Of a stretch of DNA of 64,000 bases, positions 58,101 to 64,000 are shown in pieces; the first letter of the stretch is position 1; each line of letters opens with the position of its first letter. The stretch comes from Chthoniobacteraceae bacterium. Its GTDB lineage: Bacteria; Verrucomicrobiota; Verrucomicrobiia; Chthoniobacterales; Chthoniobacteraceae. The stretch is taken from contig JANNXQ010000078.1 in assembly GCA_031409655.1 (NCBI GenBank), positions 32,001 through 96,000 of the forward strand. Reading direction: 5' to 3'. The notes under the pieces are model-generated. The model made no database searches. It saw only the letters and a program-made list of their open reading frames with translations, and was not told where the DNA came from. A program made the position numbers and the translations under genes.

Positions 58101-58320
58101 TCAGCGCGCTCTCAATGGGTTGCGTCACCCGCGTTTCCACCTCTTCCGGCGCGAGCCCTGGCGCTTCGGTCAGGATGATGACAGTAGGCTTCGTGAGATC
58201 GGGCAGCACCTCCACCGGCAACTGCAGGGTCGTCTGCAAGCCCGTGACCATGAGGATGAGCGCAAGCCCGATGACGATCGCCCGGTTCGCGAGCGACCAA
58301 TGGATCATCTTGTTGAGCAC
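55150..58320 (-). CDS. CusA/CzcA heavy-metal efflux RND permease
   Basis: 'PVEVLPDL', 'GLAPEEVE', 'GGLAVAIGMVVDDAIVDVEN', 'ERLVPVLMTA'. Confidence 0.93.
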   Translation of the reverse strand: MLNKMIHWSLANRAIVIGLALILMVTGLQTTLQLPVEVLPDLTKPTVIILTEAPGLAPEEVETRVTQPIESALMGVAGLTRLRSNSDVSLSLVYAEFGWDTDIYQARMLVQERMQGVREQLPEGVQPFMTPVASLMGEILLVGVRSTIKEGEPGYLAPREVRALADWSIKRRLQSVSGIAEILNMGGGVKQIEIQPDPFRMQANDVGFDELAHAAGEAASTSTGGFINTGPTEIMVRNLAMTTQLDDIGRTVIKKINDRPILISDVAKVVWGIEPMRGDATVSQHPEKSPTYGVIMSITKAPGFDTRALTGQIKTALEELKSTFPKGVETTLLFQQKDFIDHAIGNLTEAIRDGAIMVTIVIFLFLLNFRTTFITLMAMPLSFAITMLTFKWFGISVNSMTLGGLAVAIGMVVDDAIVDVENVFRRLRENAASPHPRPKLHVIAAASGEVRNSILYATILIILVFLPLLGLTGVEGKLFAPIAIATIISMIASFVVSLTAIPVLCSFLLNPRHDGEHQDGSLVRRMKWLLENTLLRFGLSQPYLLLAMVLLIVIGAFSLYPQMSKDFLPAFKEETLLIAATSAPGTSLEEMNKISDVIEQQILSVPEVRKVGRRLGRAERGDHVVPVSTAEFDVDFREAEGHLGGQARGRKEIIEEVSQRVRSVPGIFAAIGGPLADRIGHMLSGVSAPVALKIFGPDLDKLRQLGIEVQTIAKTIPGFEDAKLDQQSSIPQLRIEADRDRAAAYGIAPGHLNEQLSALIGGKEVAELREGQRAVNLVLRLPIDWRDSPDKIAQLPVETTTGQRIPLSLVADVREAKGPNVIFRENSQRRFTIAIKPTVRDVGVLVQRLQKEVTEKVKLPEGYFITYEGEFQAQQEATQRIVLFSALVLVVIAFLLYGYFKTPFFAAQVLLDIPLALVGGLVFTYLKLGNISIATLVGFIAVAGVAARNSIMLISHFLHLMAVEGESFTREMVIRGTKERLVPVLMTALAAGIGLIPLVLAADQPGKEILHPVAVVIVGGLITSTLLGLGVTPTVFYTFGRKAALAAVEREAGAAH

Positions 58321-59474
58321 TAAGGAGCCTCCCCGGTTTTGGCCGCAGGCGGTTCAGCGCGCGACGAACCGCGGCGCTTGGTGAGCGTCGCGACGAGGAG
58401 CAGGCCGAAAAGCACGGCGCTCACGATCTTCCAGAGCGGGCTGGCGTGCTCGTGCTCGTGCTCGTGGCCCTCGTCGCCCGCGGCCTTCTTCGCCTGATCT
58501 TCTGGCTTCAGCTCGGAGCCGTCGGCGGCGTGCTCGTGGCCGTGCGCGGCGTCGAGCGCTTCCTTGAGCGAGACGCTGCCGCCCCCGGCGAAGGCCAGTG
58601 AGTACGCGCCGCGCGTCACCACCTTGTCGCCCGGCAGCAGGCCGCTCGCGACCTCGACGAAGCGATCATTCATCTGCCCGACGACCACCGGGCTCTTCAC
58701 GAAGGCGTGCGGCAGGTCGAAGTCCTCGACATAGACGAAGCGGTTCGCCGTGTCGCCCTGCAGGGCTGCGCGCGGCACACTCATCACCCCGGAGCGTTTG
58801 CTGAGCACGATGGAAAATTCCGCACGCATCCCGGGGCGCAGCAGCAGCTCGGGATTCTCGACGTGAAACGCGGCTTCGAGCGTGCCGCTGTCGGTGTCCG
58901 CTTCCGCGCCGAGGTGGGCGAGCTCCGCCTCGAAGGTCCGATCCGGCGCCGCCGCCACGCGCAGATGCGCCGTTTGTCCGACGCGCAATTTTCCCGCGAG
59001 ATGCTCGGGCACCGCGGCGACGGCGTGGACTTCCCGCAAGTCGATGATCTCGATGAGTGAATCCTCCGGCGTGACCGGCTGCCCTGGCACCACTTTCACC
59101 GCGGAGATCAAGCCCGTGAGCGGTGCGGTGAGCGTGACGCGCGGCGGCGGATCGCCCGGCTGGCGGCTCTCGAGCACCACGGCCTCCGCACCCTTTTCGA
59201 TGGTCGTGTCCACATGTGCATGGACCTCGAGCGCGCGACCGGGGATGCGGCTGCTGATGACGGCGCGATGCCCCGGCGCCACGCGGATGCGACCGAGTGC
59301 AAAGACGATTTCCTCAAAGTCCGTCTCCTCCACTTCCACGGTTTCGATGCGGAGATTTTTAACGCCGGTCTCGTCGAGCACGACCGTGTTGGTCGAGCGC
59401 TTGGAGTCCACTTTTTCCTCGGCAAAACTGAGGACGCCGAGAACTGCGAGGACGATGAGAGTGCGTGGGATCAT
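58320..59474 (-). CDS. RND periplasmic adaptor (CzcB/CusB-like) with a His-rich C-terminus and TM helix
   Basis: 'LTAPLTG', 'LRPGM', 'GLLPGDKVVTRGA', 'HGHEH...GHEHEHEH'. Confidence 0.88.
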   Translation of the reverse strand: MIPRTLIVLAVLGVLSFAEEKVDSKRSTNTVVLDETGVKNLRIETVEVEETDFEEIVFALGRIRVAPGHRAVISSRIPGRALEVHAHVDTTIEKGAEAVVLESRQPGDPPPRVTLTAPLTGLISAVKVVPGQPVTPEDSLIEIIDLREVHAVAAVPEHLAGKLRVGQTAHLRVAAAPDRTFEAELAHLGAEADTDSGTLEAAFHVENPELLLRPGMRAEFSIVLSKRSGVMSVPRAALQGDTANRFVYVEDFDLPHAFVKSPVVVGQMNDRFVEVASGLLPGDKVVTRGAYSLAFAGGGSVSLKEALDAAHGHEHAADGSELKPEDQAKKAAGDEGHEHEHEHASPLWKIVSAVLFGLLLVATLTKRRGSSRAEPPAAKTGEAP

Positions 59475-59482
59475 GGGAGCGA

Positions 59483-59836
59483 TCAGAAGGTGACGCCCGC
59501 GGCTTTCAGCAGGCGCATAGTGAGGAAGTAGAGGCCGACGGTGAGCAGCGCGCTCGCGCCGAGGGCGGGCCAGAAGTGCCATCCGCTGCGCAGCAGCCAC
59601 GGCACGGCGAGGAACATCGGGAGCGTCGGCAGGACGAACCAGAAGGTGCCCGTCATGTGCCGGGCGATGAGCGCGGAATCGCGCGTCTCGGTGAAGAGCC
59701 AGATGACCGCGAGCAGCGAGACGAGCGGGAGCGAATGGACGATCGCGGCGGTGAAGTTGTTGCGCTTGGCGAGTTCGCCGATGAGGACGACGAGCGCGCC
59801 GCTGAGCAGCGCGCGGAGGATGAGTTGGGTGTTCAT
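59483..59836 (-). CDS. DUF3147-like small membrane protein
   Basis: 'SLPLVSLLAVIWL', 'TFWFVLPTLPMF'; four TM helices. Confidence 0.75.
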   Translation of the reverse strand: MNTQLILRALLSGALVVLIGELAKRNNFTAAIVHSLPLVSLLAVIWLFTETRDSALIARHMTGTFWFVLPTLPMFLAVPWLLRSGWHFWPALGASALLTVGLYFLTMRLLKAAGVTF

Positions 59837-59998
59837 GGCTTGGCTCCGAGAGCGGCGACGAGAGGGACGATGAAAATGAAAGGTCGAGACATGAGAGGAT
59901 TGAAAGGGAGAGGGCGAAGAGCGGGTGGGCCAACCCCAGACGGCAGCGCCGCGCCGTGGGATCACGAAAAAACCGGCGAGCCCGAAGGGACCCGCAAA

Positions 59999-60412
59999 TT
60001 ACACGTCGAGAGAGGGTCCGCGTACGGGCCGAGCCGTGCGACAAACCAGCAGCCACCCCGCGGCTCTGCCGTCCGGCGGCGAGCCCCAGGAGCCATCCAT
60101 ACCGGGCATTTCCTCCGCCTCGCGCAGCAAGGCCACTAACCGCACCATGAGCGAATTCGGCACCGGCTCGACCAGCGGGAAGAGCGGCTTTCCGTCCAGC
60201 GCCTGGCCAGTCTGCGCCAGCCAGGTGCCGAAGTGGTGATGCTGTTCGCCATCCCCGTGCGACGCCCCGTCATCATGCCCTTCCTCGTCAGGCGCGCAGG
60301 CGATCGCACAGCCGCCATTCATCGCCGCGCAATGCTCCAGGGCCACGTGCCCGAGCGCGATCGACCACAGGGTCAGGACAAACGCGGCAAGGCATCGACG
60401 GGCAAACTTCAC
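59999..60412 (-). CDS. His/Cys-rich leader-type protein ending in PVRGPS, upstream of the RND operon
   Basis: GTG 60412; signal/TM segment, 'HVALEHC..GCAIAC..GHDDGASHGDGEQHHH', C-terminal 'RTARPVRGPSLDV'. Confidence 0.65.
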   Translation of the reverse strand: MKFARRCLAAFVLTLWSIALGHVALEHCAAMNGGCAIACAPDEEGHDDGASHGDGEQHHHFGTWLAQTGQALDGKPLFPLVEPVPNSLMVRLVALLREAEEMPGMDGSWGSPPDGRAAGWLLVCRTARPVRGPSLDV

Positions 60413-60523
60413 GCGCGGTGAGTGCCACAGACCTCGGGCCCGCGCAAACGGTTTCTCCCTCTGGCGTGGGCGGATGCTGGATTTAGGCTGGCACCCTGCG
60501 CGGGTGCCGCCTTTCCTCCGCGG

Positions 60524-61228
60524 ATGACGCCCGTCGTCGCCCTCATCGTCCTCGCCGCCTATCTGCTCGGCTCGATCCCTTTCGGACTCATCGTCTCGAA
60601 AGCGCAGGGGCTCGATATCCGCGAGCACGGGAGCAAGAATATCGGCGCGACCAATGTCTGGCGGGTGCTGGGCAAAAAGTGGGGGCTCATGACCTTCGCC
60701 TGCGATGTGGGCAAGGGCCTTGCGGCGGTGCTCTTCGGAAAATGGCTCGCGGTGCACTGGGCGATCCCGGTGCCGCTCCCGCATGGGCACGAGCGCATCG
60801 ACCATCTTGCCGCCGACTTCGCCGGGATCGCGGCGGCGATGGGCTGCATCCTTGGGCACAACTTCCCCGTGTGGCTCCGCTTCAAAGGCGGCAAGGGTGT
60901 GGCCACGACGCTCGGGGTGATCTTCGGCATGATGCCGCTCGCTGCGCTGATCACCTTTGCGATCTGGGGCGTGATTTTCAAAGTCTCCCGCTACGTCTCG
61001 CTCGCGTCGCTCCTCGCCGCGGTCGCCCTGCCGATCGTGGTCGTCGGCCTGCTCTTTCTCGGCGGATTACATGGGTGGGGAAATTTCTACTTTGCCGTCG
61101 CGGCGGCGCTGCTCGTGATCCGGCGGCATCGGGAGAATATCAAGCGGCTGCTGGCGGGGACGGAGAGTCGCTTTGGGGCGCCGAAGCCAGAGACCACCGC
61201 ACCAGAGCCGCAGCCCCCAACGCTATGA
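60524..61228 (+). CDS. plsY: Glycerol-3-phosphate acyltransferase PlsY
   Basis: YLLGSIPFG, DIREHGSKNIGATNVWR, GHNFPVWLRFKGGKGVAT, RHRENIKRL. Confidence 0.96.
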   Translation: MTPVVALIVLAAYLLGSIPFGLIVSKAQGLDIREHGSKNIGATNVWRVLGKKWGLMTFACDVGKGLAAVLFGKWLAVHWAIPVPLPHGHERIDHLAADFAGIAAAMGCILGHNFPVWLRFKGGKGVATTLGVIFGMMPLAALITFAIWGVIFKVSRYVSLASLLAAVALPIVVVGLLFLGGLHGWGNFYFAVAAALLVIRRHRENIKRLLAGTESRFGAPKPETTAPEPQPPTL

Positions 61229-62220
61229 CCTTCCAGCACATCGGCATCATCGGCGCAGGCGGCTGGGGCACGGCGCTCGCCTTGCTGCTTCAGGAAAATA
61301 GAATCCCCGTTTCGCTCTGGGGCCATGATCCGGCGCAGATCGAGCAGCTCGCGCAACGGCGCGAGAACATCGCCTACCTGCCAGGCATCGCCCTGCCGGA
61401 GGCGCTTCGCTTGACCAGCGATCTCGACACGCTGACTGACTGCGACCTGCTCGTGATGGTGACGCCGTCCAAAGCCATCCGCGAAGTCGCCGCGCGGCTC
61501 TCCACCGTCGCGGTGCGCGCCGACGCCGTGATCCTTTCCTGCACCAAAGGCGTCGAACGCGGCAGCGGCAAACGCATGAGCGAGATCGTCGCCGAGTTTT
61601 TCCCCACGCACCGCATCGGCGCGCTCTCTGGGCCGAGCCATGCGGAGGAAGTCGCCCGCCAAGCTCCGACCGCAGTGACCATCGGGGCCACGGATCCCAC
61701 CGCCGCGCTGCGCTTGCAGAAGGCTTTCACCACCCGCTTTTTCCGCTCCTACACGAGCGCCGACATCACCGGCGTCGAGTTCGGCGGCGCGCTGAAAAAC
61801 ATCTTCGCTCTCGCCGCCGGCGTCTGCGATGGACTGGGCCTCGGCGACAACACCAAGGCCGCGCTCGTCACCCGCGCCCTGGCCGAAATGATCCGCCTCG
61901 GCACCGCGCTCGGCGGTCAGCCCGAGACCTTCCGCGGGCTCAGCGGCATCGGCGATCTCATGGTCACATGCTTTTCGCAACACAGCCGCAACCGCCGCGT
62001 CGGCGAACGCCTCGGCCGCGGTGAATCGCTCGGCGTGATCGGCGCTTCCATGCAAATGGTGGCCGAGGGCGTCCCCACTACTTACAGCGCCCAGGAGTGC
62101 GCCCGCCGGTTGGGCATCGAGACCCCGATCATCGATCAAATGCGCGCCCTCCTCGACGGCGCCATCTCCCCACGCGAAGCCCTCACGGCGCTGCTCAGCC
62201 GCGAGCCCCGGCCGGAGTAA
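61225..62220 (+). CDS. gpsA: NAD(P)H-dependent glycerol-3-phosphate dehydrogenase
   Basis: IIGAGGWGTALA, SCTKG, SGPSHAEEV, GGALKN, GIGDLMVTC.SQHSRN, VAEG. Confidence 0.96.
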   Translation: MTFQHIGIIGAGGWGTALALLLQENRIPVSLWGHDPAQIEQLAQRRENIAYLPGIALPEALRLTSDLDTLTDCDLLVMVTPSKAIREVAARLSTVAVRADAVILSCTKGVERGSGKRMSEIVAEFFPTHRIGALSGPSHAEEVARQAPTAVTIGATDPTAALRLQKAFTTRFFRSYTSADITGVEFGGALKNIFALAAGVCDGLGLGDNTKAALVTRALAEMIRLGTALGGQPETFRGLSGIGDLMVTCFSQHSRNRRVGERLGRGESLGVIGASMQMVAEGVPTTYSAQECARRLGIETPIIDQMRALLDGAISPREALTALLSREPRPE

Positions 62221-62229
62221 AGGGTCCGC

Positions 62230-62949
62230 CTATTTATCCCCGAGGCGCTTCATCATCGCGCCTTCCATGCGGTCGATCCGGTCTTTGATGCCGGGTTCGA
62301 TCTTCCGCATTTTGCTGAAGAGCGCGCGGTTGTAGGCGCGCTGGGTTTTACTGGCTTCGTCGTCGCTGACGGCGTTGTCGGCTTTTGCTTTCAGCGCCTG
62401 GACTTCCGGGTCCTGGAGCGCCTTGGCCCTGGCTGCGTCGTACTTTTCTTTGTCCACCACCTCGGGGTCGGGGCCATCGGGCGCGGCGGCCGTCGGCTTC
62501 GTGGGCGCGGGTTTGCTGGCGGTCTTCTTGGTCTGCGTTTTGGTGACGGCGGGCGCGGGCTTTTCTGAGGGTGCCTCAATGGGAGTGGCGGGCTTCTCCG
62601 TGGTGGTCACTTTCGGCGCGGAAGAATCCCCCGTGGTCTTGGGCTTTGGGGCCGTGGTGCGCGTCGAGGTGGTTCTGGAAGGTGCGGACTTGGCGGTGGT
62701 CGTCCGGCTTTTCCGGGACTTCGGAGCCGGCGTCGGGGTCGGCGCGGGCGTGGCCTTGGGCGGAGGCGTGGACCGACGTCCGAAGAGGCGCTGGAAAAAG
62801 GAGCGGCGCTCGGGCACCGGTGTCGCCACGGGGATGGGGGTGGCCTTCGCGGCGGCGCTGGTCGCGGAGCGGGAAGACGCCGCTGGGGCCAACGCCGGGG
62901 ACAAAATCAGACCGGAGATGACGAGCAGGACGGGAAGGATTCTGGGCAT
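62230..62949 (-). CDS. Secreted Pro/Thr/Lys-rich hypothetical protein
   Basis: Signal peptide, low-complexity PTPA/KT region, helical C-terminus. Confidence 0.65.
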   Translation of the reverse strand: MPRILPVLLVISGLILSPALAPAASSRSATSAAAKATPIPVATPVPERRSFFQRLFGRRSTPPPKATPAPTPTPAPKSRKSRTTTAKSAPSRTTSTRTTAPKPKTTGDSSAPKVTTTEKPATPIEAPSEKPAPAVTKTQTKKTASKPAPTKPTAAAPDGPDPEVVDKEKYDAARAKALQDPEVQALKAKADNAVSDDEASKTQRAYNRALFSKMRKIEPGIKDRIDRMEGAMMKRLGDK

Positions 62950-63103
62950 AGTCAGAGTTCGTTGAGGGGTCGTAGGGTGAGAGTTCGCAGTAAATCTGTC
63001 GAGTGCAACCGGCAGGGCCCCCACCGGCCCCCGGTCTTTCGCCCCGCGTCATTTCCGTTGCAGGCGTCCCGGTTTGATGGATTCTCCAGCAGCGCTCTCT
63101 CCG

Positions 63104-64000
63104 ATGGGAACTGAACCCAATCCAATCCGCCGCTGCTGGGCGGAGATCGACCTCTCCGCAATCCGGCACAATATCGCCACCATCCGCGCCCAGTTGCGGG
63201 CGGACGTCCGGGTCATGGCCATCGTCAAGGCGAATGCCTACGGCCACGGCGTTTCAGGGGTGGTGCCCGCGCTGGCGGGGAATGTGGAGATGTTCGGCGT
63301 GGCGAACGTCACCGAAGCGCACGCGGTCCGCCGCTTGGCCCCCGCGGAGCCCATCCTCATCCTCGGTCCGGCGCTCCCGGAAGAGCGCCAGGAGATTGCC
63401 ACCGCGGGATTTCTCCCCTCGATCTCGAATGTCGCGGAGGCCCGGGCCTTCAGTACCCTCGGAGATGGGAAGCCCGTGCCGATCCATGTGATCGTCGATA
63501 CCGGCATGGGGCGCATGGGCGTCTGGGAAGAGGAAGCCCTGGCCGTGGTGCGCGAGATCATGGCCATCCCCGGGATCGAGGTCACCGGCCTCGCCTCGCA
63601 TTTTCCCGTCGCGGATGAAAATGTGGATTTCACCGAGGATCAGATCGCGCGCTTCCAGCACCTCGCCGCTGTGCTGCGCGAAATCGGCGCGCCGCCTTTC
63701 ATCACCCATCTGGAGAATAGCGCCGGGATCATCGGCCACTCCGCCACCGCGGGCGACATGGTGCGGCCCGGTCTCATGCTCTACGGCAGTTCCCCGGTTC
63801 CGGAGTTTCAGGGCTATCTTCGGCCAGTGCTCACTTGGAAAACGCGGGTCACGCTGGTCCGATCCGTCGGGGCCGGTCGCGGGATCAGCTATGGCCGCAC
63901 TTTCATCACGCCCTGCCCCATGCGGCTCGCCACGCTGGCCGTCGGCTACGCGGATGGCTACCAGCGCCACCTTTCCAATCGTGGCGCCGACGTCCTCATC
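63104..64000 (+). CDS. alr: Alanine racemase (3' end outside window; absent from the ORF track)
   Basis: ATG 63104: RCWAEIDLSAIRHN...MAIVKANAYGHG (PLP lysine), DTGMGRMG, VRPGLMLYG, ISYGR, VGYADGY. Confidence 0.96.
   Translation, partial: MGTEPNPIRRCWAEIDLSAIRHNIATIRAQLRADVRVMAIVKANAYGHGVSGVVPALAGNVEMFGVANVTEAHAVRRLAPAEPILILGPALPEERQEIATAGFLPSISNVAEARAFSTLGDGKPVPIHVIVDTGMGRMGVWEEEALAVVREIMAIPGIEVTGLASHFPVADENVDFTEDQIARFQHLAAVLREIGAPPFITHLENSAGIIGHSATAGDMVRPGLMLYGSSPVPEFQGYLRPVLTWKTRVTLVRSVGAGRGISYGRTFITPCPMRLATLAVGYADGYQRHLSNRGADVLI

Noticed and set aside
56068..58323. Long antisense ORFs (751 aa here; also 31104-33206, 48704-50608, 51102-53249, 17922-19697, 21825-23552)
   Set aside because: Shadow frames opposite well-supported genes in high-GC DNA, with no recognisable motifs.
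63104..64000. Functional linkage of alr to the dlt operon
   Set aside because: About 59 kb apart; alr is a housekeeping peptidoglycan gene.

Overview
GC-rich bacterial chromosomal window. The PEP-CTERM protein, Rhodopirellula/Verrucomicrobium-type ECF sigma/FecR pair, numerous sulfatases and Tat substrates suggest Verrucomicrobiota (inferred). Contents in order: (1) a dlt D-alanylation operon in a non-canonical order (dltD-dltC-dltX-dltA-dltB plus a methyltransferase), unusual for a diderm; (2) housekeeping genes (yhbY, msrA, tandem tmk-like pair, cdd, mnmG) with two parS-like palindromes suggesting origin proximity; (3) a PEP-CTERM gene, a secreted toxin-like/immunity-like pair and bioB; (4) a roughly 33-kb minus-strand carbohydrate/sulfatase region containing a nonsense-interrupted GMC oxidoreductase and an ECF/FecR-linked giant di-heme beta-propeller protein; this region is interrupted by a four-gene cassette (IetA-like AAA ATPase, Ser/Thr kinase, 396-aa unknown, convergent PD-(D/E)xK nuclease-like), the best candidate for an undescribed defence system; (5) polX and a metal-homeostasis region (feoA-feoA-feoB, His-rich barrel, CusA/CzcA RND with a His-rich RGPS leader gene); (6) plsY, gpsA and partial alr. 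Palindromic short-tandem-repeat elements punctuate intergenic regions. No rRNA, tRNA, CRISPR array, integrase or transposase was recognised. All family calls come from motif recognition by eye, not database searches.
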